Part shown: piece by piece, positions 16,085-26,840 of the stretch
Layout of the letters: every line of letters starts with the position of its first letter
How positions within the stretch are numbered: position 1 is the stretch's first letter
DNA from: Alphaproteobacteria bacterium
GTDB lineage: Bacteria > Pseudomonadota > Alphaproteobacteria > UBA9219
Direction: 5' to 3'
Length of the DNA: 64,000 nt
Assembly (NCBI GenBank): GCA_009779135.1
Contig: WREW01000001.1
Span: forward strand, 784 to 64,783
The notes under the pieces: model-generated
What the model saw: only the letters and a program-made list of their open reading frames with translations
The model's database searches: none
What the model was told of the DNA's origin: nothing
Translations under genes and position numbers: made by a program

Positions 16085-18499
16085 TCAAGCGCCGCGCAAA
16101 ACAGCGCCCGCGGCCTTTTCGACCGCGCTGACAATCTGGCGCGAAAGCGCCTCAAGCTCCCCTTCCGTCAAGCTGTGATCGAGCGGCTGGAACTGCACGG
16201 TTAGCGCAAGGGATTTTTTGCCATCTTCAATGCCCTGCCCTTCATAAACATCAAAGATTTCAATCGCGCGTATATATTTTTTCTCGGCCTTTTTGATGGC
16301 GTCAAGAACCTCTGCGGCCTCAATCTTCCGATCAAGCACAAAAGCAAAATCGCGTGAAAGCGGCTGAAGGCTTTCAAGTTTGAGCAAACTCCGTGCCGTC
16401 TTGCCCTTGCGCGCGACAGGCAAGGACGACAAAAAGATCTCACACCCCGCATGCGCGCCCTTGGCATCACAAGCCTCAAGAATGGCAGGATGAATCGCGC
16501 CGAAATAGCCGAGCAAAACCGGCCCCTGCTTTAAGGCGCCGCTGCGCGCAGGATGATACCAGCTTGGAGCCTGACCCGCGATGATCTGAACGGCATGCGC
16601 CGTGATACCGACAGACGCAAGCACAGCTAAAGCATCCGCCTTGGCATCATAAACATCAGCATTCCTTCTTTTTTCTGCCCAGTGCCGAGGCGTGCCGCCC
16701 GCGCGCAAAGCGCTTGCAGTTAAAATCTGACCCTCCGGCGTCTGATCCCGATAAGTCGGCCCAACTTCAAACAAAGCCACATCCGCATAGCCGCGCGAGG
16801 CGTTGCGCTGCGCCGCCTGAATAAGGTTGCCGAGGATCGAGCTGCGCATCACATCAAGATCGCTGCTGATGGGATTAAGCAAGCGAAGATCATCGCGCAC
16901 GGGCCCGAAAGCCTGCGCAACTTTGGAAGACATAAACGACCATGTCACGACTTCCATCATCCCACGCGCCGCTAAGGCGCGTTTGCTTTTTTCCGCGCGG
17001 CGATCAAGATCATTAAGCCCGCTGCGATTGACCGCCTCCAGACGCGGCATGGAAACAGCCGGAATGCTGTCATAGCCCTTGATGCGCATAATTTCTTCAA
17101 CAAGATCCGCCGCCCCATCAATATCGCCCCGCCAAGATGGCGCTGTGACGCGCCATTCATCCGCGCCCCGTTTCTCAATGTCAAACCCTAGCGTTGTTAA
17201 AATCTGTTCTTGTTCTGCAAGCGCCACATCCACACCTACAAAAGCCTTAACTTTCGAAGGATGATAATCCACAGCCCGCCTAAGATCCGGCGGCGCGCCC
17301 ACAATTTGCCGTTCACTGACAATGGTCTGTTCTGTGCCGCAAATCTCAACAATCATCTGCGCGGCAAGATCCGCACCAGAGATCACAAAATCCGGATCCA
17401 CGCCGCGCTCAAAACGATAACGCGCATCGGACGTCACATCTAAGGCGCGCCCCGTCTGCGCCGTGCGCACAGGATCAAAATAAGCGGACTCCAAAAACAC
17501 AGCTGCTGTCTGTGGCCCGCAGCCCGAGCTTTCGCCGCCGATCACACCCGCCAAAGACAAAAACCCGCTTTCATCACCAATGGCCGTCATGCCCGCTTCA
17601 AGTGTATAGCTTTTATCATTAAGCGCCTTAAACACCTCGCCCCCCTTGGCAGGCGCTACCCACAAATCCCCCTTCAAAAGGGCGCAGTCAAAAACATGCA
17701 AAGGACGATTACAATCAAAAGTCAGATAATTGGTGATGTCCACCAACGCCGAGATCGGACGAAGCCCAATCGCGCGCAGCCGCGCCTGCATCCAAGCCGG
17801 ACTTTCACAGTTGCGTATATGGCGCAGCGTATAGCCCACAAAAAGCGGACAATTTTGTTTTTGATCTTCCGGAAAGTTCAAACGCACCTTAACGCCGCAA
17901 GGCTCCTGCCCCTTGGGCGGAGCAATCCGCAAGGGCTTGAGCGTCCCCATCCCCGCCGCCGCAAGATCCCGCGCAATCCCGCGCACGCCTGCGCAATCAG
18001 CGCGGTTGGGCGTTAAGTTGATCGTGATAACAGGATCTGCAACATCAACCACATCTATAAACCGCGCGCCGACAGATGTATCCGAAGGAAGCTCCATAAT
18101 CCCCGCATGATCCTCATCAATCCCAAGCTCCGCTGTCGAGCACATCATGCCTTGCGACATTTGCCCGCGAATATTTCCCTCTTTAAGCGGCTGCCCTGTT
18201 GAAGGAATCACATCCCCCGCCCGCGCCAAAACCACTTTAAGTCCGGTTCGCGCATTGGGCGCGCCGCAAACGATCTGTAAAGTTTCTTTTCCCGTTGTCA
18301 CCTTGCAAAGCTTCAACCGGTCCGCATCAGGATGCGGCCCAGTCTCAACAATCTGCGCCACAATAAACGGCGCAAGAGAGGCGCCGCGATCTTGCACTTC
18401 TTCAACCTCAAGCCCGATCGCTGTAAGTTTCTCGCAAAGCTCATCCAAAGAAGCGTTCGTTTCCAAATGATCTTTGAGCCAAGAAAGTGTGAGTTTCAT
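16085..18499 (-). CDS. pheT: Phenylalanine--tRNA ligase beta subunit
   Basis: HPDADRL, VCGAPN, TPNRADC, RFERGVD, RDFAF, GKKSLA. Confidence 0.97.
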   Translation of the reverse strand: MKLTLSWLKDHLETNASLDELCEKLTAIGLEVEEVQDRGASLAPFIVAQIVETGPHPDADRLKLCKVTTGKETLQIVCGAPNARTGLKVVLARAGDVIPSTGQPLKEGNIRGQMSQGMMCSTAELGIDEDHAGIMELPSDTSVGARFIDVVDVADPVITINLTPNRADCAGVRGIARDLAAAGMGTLKPLRIAPPKGQEPCGVKVRLNFPEDQKQNCPLFVGYTLRHIRNCESPAWMQARLRAIGLRPISALVDITNYLTFDCNRPLHVFDCALLKGDLWVAPAKGGEVFKALNDKSYTLEAGMTAIGDESGFLSLAGVIGGESSGCGPQTAAVFLESAYFDPVRTAQTGRALDVTSDARYRFERGVDPDFVISGADLAAQMIVEICGTEQTIVSERQIVGAPPDLRRAVDYHPSKVKAFVGVDVALAEQEQILTTLGFDIEKRGADEWRVTAPSWRGDIDGAADLVEEIMRIKGYDSIPAVSMPRLEAVNRSGLNDLDRRAEKSKRALAARGMMEVVTWSFMSSKVAQAFGPVRDDLRLLNPISSDLDVMRSSILGNLIQAAQRNASRGYADVALFEVGPTYRDQTPEGQILTASALRAGGTPRHWAEKRRNADVYDAKADALAVLASVGITAHAVQIIAGQAPSWYHPARSGALKQGPVLLGYFGAIHPAILEACDAKGAHAGCEIFLSSLPVARKGKTARSLLKLESLQPLSRDFAFVLDRKIEAAEVLDAIKKAEKKYIRAIEIFDVYEGQGIEDGKKSLALTVQFQPLDHSLTEGELEALSRQIVSAVEKAAGAVLRGA

Positions 18500-18513
18500 C
18501 GTTTAAATCCTCT

Positions 18514-19590
18514 TTACACAAGGCCCATGGCCAGATTGGGAATATCCAAAGACGAAAAGCCGTAATGTTTAAGCCAACGCACATCCCCTTCAAAAAATGT
18601 GCGCAGATCGGGAATGCCGTATTTAAGCATCGCAAGCCGCTCGATCCCCGTTCCAAAAGCAAAGCCTTGGTATTTTTCAGGATCAATCCCGCAATTTTCC
18701 AAAACCCGAGGATGCACCATGCCGCAGCCGCCAATCTCAAGCCAGTCCCCGTAATTGCCCAAAACCAACGCCCCGTCTTTGCGCGAGCATCCAATATCCA
18801 CCTCCGCACTCGGCTCCGTAAAAGGAAAGTGGGAAGGACGAAACCGCAGCGGCAAATCCTCAATCCCGAAAAAGGCCCGCAGAAAATCTTCAAAGCAGCC
18901 TTTCAGATGTCCCATATGCGTGCTTTCATCAATGACGAGGCCCTCGAACTGATGAAACATGGGCGTGTGCGTCATATCATAATCGCAGCGAAAAGTGCGC
19001 CCGGGCGCAATGATGCGGATAGGTGGGTTCTGGCCCAGCATCGTGCGGATCTGCACGGGCGAGGTATGCGTGCGCAAAACCATCGGCATCTCGCCTTGCG
19101 CAGGCATGTAAAATGTATCATGCATCTGCCGCGCAGGATGTGTGGGCGGCAGATTAAGCGCCGTAAAATTATTCCAGTCCGTTTCAATATCCGGCCCCCG
19201 CGCCACAGTAAAATCCATCGCGGAAAAAATAGCGATGATTTCATCCAAAGTCTGCGTAATGGGATGAATAGTGCCTTCTTGTTGAGGCCTCACAGAAAGC
19301 GTGATGTCTTGCGTTTCCGTTTGCAGCCTTTGCGCCAGCGCCGCTTGCGATAAAATCTGCGCGCGCGTATCAAACGCATCCATCAAAGATGCTTTCGCCT
19401 CATTCAGAGCCGAGCCGAAACTCACCCGCAAAGCCGCATCCATCTGCCCGAGCGTTTTAGCAAGAAGCGTCAAGCGCCCCTTTTTGCCGAATGTCCGCGT
19501 CCGCGCCTCTTCAAGCGCTGCCGGATCTTGCGCCTGATTAAGCGCAACCAGCGCCTCATCAACCAGTTGCCTAAGATCATCCTGTGCCAT
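18514..19590 (-). CDS. pheS: Phenylalanine--tRNA ligase alpha subunit
   Basis: HPARQMHDTF, LRTHTSPVQ, FRPSHFPFTEPS, GFAFG. Confidence 0.98.
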   Translation of the reverse strand: MAQDDLRQLVDEALVALNQAQDPAALEEARTRTFGKKGRLTLLAKTLGQMDAALRVSFGSALNEAKASLMDAFDTRAQILSQAALAQRLQTETQDITLSVRPQQEGTIHPITQTLDEIIAIFSAMDFTVARGPDIETDWNNFTALNLPPTHPARQMHDTFYMPAQGEMPMVLRTHTSPVQIRTMLGQNPPIRIIAPGRTFRCDYDMTHTPMFHQFEGLVIDESTHMGHLKGCFEDFLRAFFGIEDLPLRFRPSHFPFTEPSAEVDIGCSRKDGALVLGNYGDWLEIGGCGMVHPRVLENCGIDPEKYQGFAFGTGIERLAMLKYGIPDLRTFFEGDVRWLKHYGFSSLDIPNLAMGLV

Positions 19591-19604
19591 GTTGTCCTAT
19601 CCTT

Positions 19605-19644
19605 AAAACAAAACGGGAATCCTGCGCCTTGCACCGGATTCCCG
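19605..19644 (-). terminator. Terminator-like hairpin between rplT and pheS
   Basis: CGGGAATCC...GGATTCCCG stem followed by TTTTGTTTT on the minus strand. Confidence 0.65.
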
Positions 19645-19680
19645 CAAGTGTGTCAGCTGCCTGACGAATTGTGAAGCTTC

Positions 19681-20037
19681 TTATTTCTGCGCAGCCTTGG
19701 CTTTTTCAACGAGCGCCTTGAAAGCTGCAGGCTCCAAAGCGGCAAGATCAGAGAGCTGCTTGCGGTCCAGCTCAATACCAAGCCGCTTGAGCCCGCTTAT
19801 AAATCGGGAATAAGTCATGCCATGCGCCCGCGCACCTGCGTTGATGCGCATGATCCAAAGCGCGCGCATATCGCGCTTTCTGTTGCGCCGGTCGCGGTAG
19901 GCATAGCGAAGAGCCTTTTCGACCTTTTCAATCGCCACGCGAAAGCAGGTGCTTGCGCGCCCGCGATAGCCCTTGGCCAATTTCATGATGTTTTTATGCT
20001 TGGCGTGCGCTGTTACGCCTCTTTTTACATGTGCCAT
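19681..20037 (-). CDS. rplT: 50S ribosomal protein L20
   Basis: [29 protein letters not shown]. Confidence 0.98.
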   Translation of the reverse strand: MAHVKRGVTAHAKHKNIMKLAKGYRGRASTCFRVAIEKVEKALRYAYRDRRNRKRDMRALWIMRINAGARAHGMTYSRFISGLKRLGIELDRKQLSDLAALEPAAFKALVEKAKAAQK

Positions 20038-20047
20038 AACGTCCCCC

Positions 20048-20245
20048 TTACTGTCTTAAAAAATGCTGACGGATATTTTCGCCATCGGCCTTGAAAAGTA
20101 TCAGGCCCTGCCGCGATTCACGTTTCATTTTCTGGGGACGTTTGCGCATACCATGCCGCTTGCCGGTTGCGCCAGCCTTCACCTTCCCGCTTGCAGTCAG
20201 GCGAAAGCGCTTCTTGGACCCGCTATGGGTCTTGAGCTTAGACAT
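20048..20245 (-). CDS. rpmI: 50S ribosomal protein L35
   Basis: [21 protein letters not shown], directly upstream of rplT. Confidence 0.96.
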   Translation of the reverse strand: MSKLKTHSGSKKRFRLTASGKVKAGATGKRHGMRKRPQKMKRESRQGLILFKADGENIRQHFLRQ

Positions 20246-20421
20246 TTTGTTTTTCCTTATCTTCTTGATATCAAAACAAGCGGTGGCCGGCATGTCTAAA
20301 GCACGGAAAACGCACCACGAACAACCAGCCTTCTACCCCACCCCCCCAAAGAAAGCAAGGCAGAAAGCGCAAAAAACCCGCCCCGAAAAAGCCTTCACAT
20401 CTTAGGGTTATAGACGCTTGC

Positions 20422-20754
20422 TTACGCCGCCGCGTGCTGCTCCAGCCAAGCAATCAAGGCTTGCTTAGGCAAAGCCCCGACCTTGGTTTCCACAGGCTTG
20501 CCGTCCTTAAAGAGAACCAAAGTCGGGATCGAGCGCACCCCGAACTTGCCAGGCGTGCCCGGATTTTGATCCACATTCATCTTGGCGACCACAACCTTGC
20601 CCGCCATCTCACCGGCCACTTCTTCTAAAGTCGGCCCCAAAGCGCGGCATGGCCCACACCATTCCGCCCAGAAATCAACCAAAACCAGCCCCGAGGTTTT
20701 CTCGACATCTGTCTCAAAGGAAGCATCAGAAATCTGCTTGCTGTTTTCGCCCAT
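20422..20754 (-). CDS. trxA: Thioredoxin
   Basis: VDFWAEWCGPC and SIPTL. Confidence 0.97.
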   Translation of the reverse strand: MGENSKQISDASFETDVEKTSGLVLVDFWAEWCGPCRALGPTLEEVAGEMAGKVVVAKMNVDQNPGTPGKFGVRSIPTLVLFKDGKPVETKVGALPKQALIAWLEQHAAA

Positions 20755-20839
20755 GATTTTTTCTCCTTGTTGTCATGAATAAAAGCGCTAAAACTCTAGC
20801 GCGTTCTTGAGCTCCAGTCCAAAAGAAAGAACACGCGCC

Positions 20840-21703
20840 ATGCAAGCAACCGCCCACGCCAAAATCAACCTCTATCTCCACGTCACAGGACAACGGGCGG
20901 ATGGGTATCATACGCTTGATTCTCTGGCTGTTTTCGCGCAGGTCGGCGACCGGCTCCAGCTTGATAAAGCCCCGGGCTTTTCTCTGGCGCTTGAAGGCCC
21001 CTTTGCAAAAGATCTTGGCGTCTTTGACAGAGAAGACAATCTGGTCGTCCGCGCCGTGCGTCTGCTTGCAAGGGAAACCAGCCTGCCTTTGGACTTCCGT
21101 CTTACCTTGACCAAAAATCTGCCTTTGGCATCAGGAATCGGCGGCGGCTCTTCAGACGCAGCCGTCGCATTGAAACTTATGGCCCGCCATCACGGCCTTG
21201 AAGAAACAGGCCCCCTTTTGGATTCCATAGCAAAGCGTCTGGGGCAGGATATTCCGGCCTGCCTTGCCGCGCAAAGCTGCTATTTCCGCGACGTAGGCCA
21301 GATCACTGCGCCTGCGCCTGCGCTGCCGCGCACCCCCATTCTTCTTATTAATCCACGCCAGCCGCTTTCAACAGCCGCCGTGTTCAAAGCCCGCCAAGGC
21401 CCTTTCGACCCTCCGGCTCCCTTTGAAGCGGACACATCGCCCCTTGAAACCGTCCATGACCTCGTGCGCCGCCTTACCCCCTGCCGCAATGGCCTGACCC
21501 AAGCCGCCAGCAGCTTGTGCCCTGGCATTATTGATGTGCTAACCGAAACGACCCGCCAAAAAGGCTGTCTTTTAGCACGCATGTCAGGAAGCGGCGCTAC
21601 ATGCTATTGTATTTTCGCCACAGATAAAGAAGCGAACGAAGCCGCAGAGGCCATTAAAAAAGAACGCCCTTGGTGGGTAACGGCCAGTTTTTTTCCGAAA
21701 TAG
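20840..21703 (+). CDS. ispE: 4-diphosphocytidyl-2-C-methyl-D-erythritol kinase
   Basis: AKINLYLHV, DGYHTLDSL, PLASGIGGGSSDAA, RMSGSGAT. Confidence 0.95.
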   Translation: MQATAHAKINLYLHVTGQRADGYHTLDSLAVFAQVGDRLQLDKAPGFSLALEGPFAKDLGVFDREDNLVVRAVRLLARETSLPLDFRLTLTKNLPLASGIGGGSSDAAVALKLMARHHGLEETGPLLDSIAKRLGQDIPACLAAQSCYFRDVGQITAPAPALPRTPILLINPRQPLSTAAVFKARQGPFDPPAPFEADTSPLETVHDLVRRLTPCRNGLTQAASSLCPGIIDVLTETTRQKGCLLARMSGSGATCYCIFATDKEANEAAEAIKKERPWWVTASFFPK

Positions 21704-21853
21704 AAAAGAAACTGTTTACCAACACCATGATATGCTGGACGGCAGTCAGGCGGTTACAAAAAGACGTCAAGGCCTCTTGACAGTTTGGGGGTCAAAGGAT
21801 CATGCTCCCCCCCACGTGGTTGTAGACGAAAGAAACAACGATAAGGATATCTA

Positions 21854-23296
21854 TTGGCTCATCATCGTCTCGGCGCGGTACAGGCACCCACCATCAGGGT
21901 CGATAAAGCCTCGCCGCTGGTTCTCATAGGGCTTTTCATCTTAGCCGTTGGCACAACAGGCCATCATGTTTCCCCGCATTTTACAGATGCGGCGGACAGC
22001 GTGTTGCGTGTGGCTGAGCCGGCTTTGCAGGAGCTTGTCGAAAACGCCGCGATGCAAACCGTAGCCCAAGCCGCCGCCAATGTGCAGGAGCTTGCTTCAT
22101 CCGTTGTGACTGCCGAACCCGAACATGTCACCCGCATTGTGGAGCTGGGCGCGGGGCGCACCTTTGCGCGCATGCTGATTGATGCGGCCATTTCAGGTGA
22201 AGATGCCTTTGCCGTATCCTCGGCGCTGGGCAAAGTGTTCGACCACCGCAAACTCAAAGCCGGACAGGAAGTGGCGCTATCCATCACGCGCCAAGGCAAC
22301 AGCGAAACCCTTACGGCCCTTACTTTTGAGCCTGAGGCCACCAAGGAAATCTCCATCCAGCGCCAAAAAGACGGCTCTTATCTGGCCACGCTGCATGCCA
22401 TGCCGATTGAACGCAAGCGCCTTGCGGCGCAGGGCGAAATTCGCGGCTCACTTTACGGCGCGGGCGAAAAAGCGGGTGTGCCGAGGGCCATTATGGCCGC
22501 CATGCTCCGCGCTTACGCGCATGAAATTGACTTCCAGCGCGACATCCGCGCAGGCGATCGCTTTGAAGTTCTCTACGACCAACCCTCGGCGCGTAACGGC
22601 ACGCCTGTGGGTCAGGGCGTTATTATTTACGCCGCCCTTATTCTGCGCGGCAAAGTGATCCCTCTTTACCGCGTGACCTTCGGGGACGGATCTGTGGATT
22701 ACTTTGATGAAAAAGGCCGCAGCATCAAGCGCTCCCTTTTGCGCACGCCTGTTGAAGGGGCGCGCGTATCCTCAAGCTTCGGCGTTCGCCGCCATCCCAT
22801 TTTAGGCTACTCCAAAATGCATCAAGGCACGGATTTTGCGGCGCCCATGGGCACGCCGATCTTTGCCGCCGGCTCAGGCACTGTCGAGGCAGCCAAGTTC
22901 AACGGCAGCTATGGCCGCTATGTCAAAATCCGCCATAACAGCCGCACGGCCACGGCCTACGCCCACATGTCCCGCTTTGCCAGCGACATCAAGCCCGGCG
23001 CGCGCGTCAATCAGGGCGATGTGATCGGCTATGTCGGCACATCAGGCCGCTCAACAGGCCCGCATCTTCATTATGAGGTTCTTATTGATGGGCGGCAGGC
23101 CAATCCCATGACCATCAGCATGCCCGTAGGCCGCGTTCTGGACGGCGCCACGTTTAAGCAGTTCAAGCAGGGGCAGGAAAAAATTAAAAAAGAGTTCGCC
23201 GCGCTTTTGCAGAAAAACGATGACACAGCCAAAGAAAAGCTTGCCGCGCCCACGCTTGAGGAGCCGCCGGCTTCCATCAAAGTCGTTTCCAGATAA
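21854..23296 (+). CDS. M23-family peptidoglycan endopeptidase (MepM-like)
   Basis: N-terminal TM, RRHPILGYSKMHQGTD (HxxxD), YAHMS, STGPHLHYE (HxH); TTG start with AAGGA RBS. Confidence 0.9.
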   Translation: MAHHRLGAVQAPTIRVDKASPLVLIGLFILAVGTTGHHVSPHFTDAADSVLRVAEPALQELVENAAMQTVAQAAANVQELASSVVTAEPEHVTRIVELGAGRTFARMLIDAAISGEDAFAVSSALGKVFDHRKLKAGQEVALSITRQGNSETLTALTFEPEATKEISIQRQKDGSYLATLHAMPIERKRLAAQGEIRGSLYGAGEKAGVPRAIMAAMLRAYAHEIDFQRDIRAGDRFEVLYDQPSARNGTPVGQGVIIYAALILRGKVIPLYRVTFGDGSVDYFDEKGRSIKRSLLRTPVEGARVSSSFGVRRHPILGYSKMHQGTDFAAPMGTPIFAAGSGTVEAAKFNGSYGRYVKIRHNSRTATAYAHMSRFASDIKPGARVNQGDVIGYVGTSGRSTGPHLHYEVLIDGRQANPMTISMPVGRVLDGATFKQFKQGQEKIKKEFAALLQKNDDTAKEKLAAPTLEEPPASIKVVSR

Positions 23297-23369
23297 CAGG
23301 CCTGTTTGATCCCGTTTCTTTTTGGTCTATAGTCAGCGGCGTTTTCAACAAACAAGATTGGGCTGTCTT

Positions 23370-24467
23370 TTGAGCCGCAGGATTGACGTCTATATTGCCA
23401 AACAAGTCCTTATGGCGCTGCTTTTCACCAGTGTCGCCGTGTGTTTCGTTGTGCTTTTCGCGCAATTCTTCCGCATGCTGACTTTCGTGATTGATAATGC
23501 GGGCGGCGTGTGGGTCTTTTTTAAATTGATGGCGCTTTTGGTTCCCACTTTTCTGCCGCTGGTTCTTCCCATCAGCCTTGGGATTGCGGTTTTATTTGTT
23601 TATCATAAACTTGCCATGGACAGCGAGCTTGTGGTACTGGGGGCCGCCGGTCTAAGCCCAAAACAGCTGGCGCGCCCTGCGCTGGGCGTGGCCTTGGCTT
23701 CCTTGCTTTTGGGACTTCTGTTGTCGCTTTGGCTGACGCCCGCCGCAAGCAGAGCGCTCGTTACGCTTCAATATGCCGTGCGCGATGATTTTTCGGCCTT
23801 CATCCTCCGCCCGGGCGCCTTTAATGACATCGGCAAAGGCTTGACTGTTTTCGCCCGCCGCCGAAGCTCTGAAGGCGGGCTTGAGGACATTTTAGTTCAT
23901 GATGTCCGCCAAGCACGCAAGCCCGTCACCATAATGGCCGAAAAGGGCCGCCTTTCCTTTGAGAGCCGCGCTCCCAAAATCATCGTCTTTGAAGGACGGC
24001 GTCAGGAAATGAATCTTGAAACAGGCCATCTTCAAGAGCTTGTTTTCGACAGCTATGTGCTGGATCTCCAGATGATTAAAAGCGCGCGTAAAGACCGCAT
24101 GCCGGATGCGCGGGAAATGTCGCTGCCGCGCCTTTTGCGCGAGCAAGCTAGCCCGCAGCACACAGCCAGATTTATCACCCGTCTGCGCACGGAAATCCAT
24201 CAGCGCCTTGCGGGGCCGCTTTTGTCGCTGACTTTTACATATGTGGCCGTGACCGTCATTCTGGTAGGCTCTTTCAACCGCCGTGGCATGACGCGCCGCG
24301 TTTTAATGGCCGCGCTGGCCATGGTTGTCGTGCAGGCCGTGATGTTCGGGCTTGTATCTTTGGCAGGAAAAACCCCGTGGGCCGCCCTGCTGCTTTATAT
24401 GGCGGTTTTAAGCCCTCTTCTTCCCTGCTTTTACTGGCTAAGCAATAAGCAAAGAGGTCGCGCATGA
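23370..24467 (+). CDS. lptF: LPS export permease LptF
   Basis: Multi-TM protein with DSELVVLGAAGLS, PGAFN and EIHQRL; overlaps lptG. Confidence 0.88.
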   Translation: MSRRIDVYIAKQVLMALLFTSVAVCFVVLFAQFFRMLTFVIDNAGGVWVFFKLMALLVPTFLPLVLPISLGIAVLFVYHKLAMDSELVVLGAAGLSPKQLARPALGVALASLLLGLLLSLWLTPAASRALVTLQYAVRDDFSAFILRPGAFNDIGKGLTVFARRRSSEGGLEDILVHDVRQARKPVTIMAEKGRLSFESRAPKIIVFEGRRQEMNLETGHLQELVFDSYVLDLQMIKSARKDRMPDAREMSLPRLLREQASPQHTARFITRLRTEIHQRLAGPLLSLTFTYVAVTVILVGSFNRRGMTRRVLMAALAMVVVQAVMFGLVSLAGKTPWAALLLYMAVLSPLLPCFYWLSNKQRGRA

Positions 24468-25561
24468 TCTCGGGCTTTACACTGGCGCGCTATCTGGCAA
24501 GGCAATATCTGTTTTGGTTTCTGGCCTTTTTAGCTGTTCTGGGCGGCATTATCTATCTCTTTGAAGTCGCCGAACTGACCCGCCGCACAACAGACCTTGT
24601 GGATGTCCGTCTCGGCACCATCCTGCGCATGGGGCTTTATAAGTTTCCCAATACGGTTGAAACCATTTTGCCTTTCGCTGTTCTCTTCTCAAGTATGTTT
24701 TCCTTCTGGCGTCTGACGCGCAGTCAAGAGCTTATCATCGCGCGCGCCTGCGGCATCTCGGCTTGGCAGTTTTTAGCGCCGGCCCTTATGGTGACGCTGT
24801 TTTTCGGCCTTTTGCATATAACGCTGCTCAATCCTCTAAGCACAATCATGGCCGTGCGCTATCAGGAGATGGAAACCAAATATCTGCGCAAAGGGCTTTC
24901 CTTGGAGCTCACAGAAGCCGGTCTCTGGCTTAGGCAGGAAGAAGGGGGCCGCAATTATCTGATCCATGCCGATCAGGTCAGTCTGGCGCCGCTGACGCTT
25001 CATCCTGTTTTGGTTTTTATTTACGACCGCAGCAACACCTATCTGGGTCGCATGGACGGACAAAGCGCCGTTTTGGATGACAAGAAAAAAGCTTGGATCT
25101 TTTCAAATGTCTGGTTCAACTGGGACAGGCAGGAGCCTTTTTTCAAAGACAGCGCTAAAATCCAAACCGGCCTCACGCTGGAGCAAATCCAAGACAGCAT
25201 GGCCTCCCCCAACACCATCTCCATCTGGATGCTGCCGCATTTCATCCGCGCCCTTAACAGCATCGGCCTGCCCGCCACGCGGCATGAATTGAAATTACAC
25301 GCCCTTCTGGCCGAGCCGGTTTTGCTGTGCGCCATGATCTTTTTCGCCGCCGCCTTTTCTCTGAGGCTTTCAAGACGCGGCGGCGTTCTGCGCGCCATGG
25401 CCGCAGGCCTTGTGACGGGAGGCCTTGTTTTTGCCGCCAACAATGTCGTCGGCGCATTGGCAAGTGCCGGCACCTTGCCGGTTTTTCTGGCCGCTTGGGC
25501 CATTCCCATCACGGCGCTGATCGCTGGGCAAACTACTTTACTTTATCTTGAGGATGGCTAA
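24464..25561 (+). CDS. lptG: LPS export permease LptG
   Basis: TLARYLAR, SQELIIARACGISAWQ, GLWLRQ, LLYLEDG C-terminus. Confidence 0.88.
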   Translation: MISGFTLARYLARQYLFWFLAFLAVLGGIIYLFEVAELTRRTTDLVDVRLGTILRMGLYKFPNTVETILPFAVLFSSMFSFWRLTRSQELIIARACGISAWQFLAPALMVTLFFGLLHITLLNPLSTIMAVRYQEMETKYLRKGLSLELTEAGLWLRQEEGGRNYLIHADQVSLAPLTLHPVLVFIYDRSNTYLGRMDGQSAVLDDKKKAWIFSNVWFNWDRQEPFFKDSAKIQTGLTLEQIQDSMASPNTISIWMLPHFIRALNSIGLPATRHELKLHALLAEPVLLCAMIFFAAAFSLRLSRRGGVLRAMAAGLVTGGLVFAANNVVGALASAGTLPVFLAAWAIPITALIAGQTTLLYLEDG

Positions 25562-25583
25562 GCTGCCTTATCAGGAGTCCGCT

Positions 25584-26840
25584 ATGACCAAAAAAACCCT
25601 TCTTTTGACGCTTGCCCTTTTGCTTATAAGCTTTTCGCCCGCGCAAAGTGCATCCACGCACATAGCGGCTGTGGTTAATGACAGCATCATCTCAGACAGC
25701 GATGTGGCCGCACGGCTGCGCCTGATTTTGCTGTCCGCCGGTCTTGAAGACAGGGCCGAGATGCGCGCGCATTTTCTTCCCCAAGCCCTGCGAACTTTGA
25801 TTGAAGAGCAGCTCCAGCTGCAAGAAGGCAAAAAACTGAACATCGCCGTCACCGAGGAAGAAATCAACGACGCCATGACGCGCCTTGCGCAGGAAAACCG
25901 TATCCCCGGCGGCGACATGCGCGCCTTTTTGCGCGCGCATAACATCAAGCCATCGACCCTGCTCGACCAAATCCGCGCCACCTTGACATGGAACAAGGTC
26001 GTCATGCAGCAGATCCGCCCGCGCATTGATGTCGGCGAAGATGAAATCAACGCTGTGATCGAGCGCATACGCGCAAGCGCAGGCAAGCAAGAATATCTTT
26101 TAAGTGAGATCTTCATCCCCGCCGAAAGCGACGCCGACGAGGCCCGCGCGGCAGCGCTTGCGGAAAATATCGCAAGACAATTGCGTCAGGGCGCTGTTTT
26201 CGGCGCGATGGCGCGGCAATTTTCGCAAGGCTTGGGCGCCAGCAATGGCGGCGATCTGGGCTGGATTCAACGCGGCCAGCTGGATCCCGCGCTGGATCAG
26301 ATTCTTCCCACGATGGGGGCGGATTCCATCGCTGGGCCCATCCGCACCGCCAAAGGCTTTCATATTCTGGGCCTGCGCGACAAGCGCACCATCGCCGTGG
26401 GAGGGGGGCAAGCGCTTACAGCCCGCCTGCAGCAGCTCTTCCGCCCTTTCAGCAAAAGCATCTCCAAACAGGATCTTCTTAAAGAGGCTGAATCCATCCG
26501 CGCCGCCGCAAATGGCTGTCAGGCTCTTGATGCTCTGGCCAAACGCTTTTCCCATTGGGAGCTACAGGATCTGGGCGAGGTCGGCCTGCAAGGCGCACCG
26601 TCTTGGCTGGTTCAGCTGGTGGCCGAAACGCCGGATGATGCGGCCAGCTCCGTTATGGCAACGGAAAAAGGCGCGCTGATCGTCTTTGTCTGCAGCCGCA
26701 CAGCAGGGCAAGGGGAGATCAACCGTGACGCTGTCTTAAACGCGCTCGGCACAGAAAAGCTGGAGCTGATGGCCCAGCGCCTTCTGCGCGATCTACGCAA
26801 GGACGCGTATATTGAAATACGTCTGGAAGACAGGCCTTGA
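25584..26840 (+). CDS. surA: SurA-like periplasmic chaperone/PPIase
   Basis: Signal peptide, IAAVVND, YLLSEI, FSQ..GGDLGW, LRDLRKDAYIE; located upstream of rsmA. Confidence 0.88.
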   Translation: MTKKTLLLTLALLLISFSPAQSASTHIAAVVNDSIISDSDVAARLRLILLSAGLEDRAEMRAHFLPQALRTLIEEQLQLQEGKKLNIAVTEEEINDAMTRLAQENRIPGGDMRAFLRAHNIKPSTLLDQIRATLTWNKVVMQQIRPRIDVGEDEINAVIERIRASAGKQEYLLSEIFIPAESDADEARAAALAENIARQLRQGAVFGAMARQFSQGLGASNGGDLGWIQRGQLDPALDQILPTMGADSIAGPIRTAKGFHILGLRDKRTIAVGGGQALTARLQQLFRPFSKSISKQDLLKEAESIRAAANGCQALDALAKRFSHWELQDLGEVGLQGAPSWLVQLVAETPDDAASSVMATEKGALIVFVCSRTAGQGEINRDAVLNALGTEKLELMAQRLLRDLRKDAYIEIRLEDRP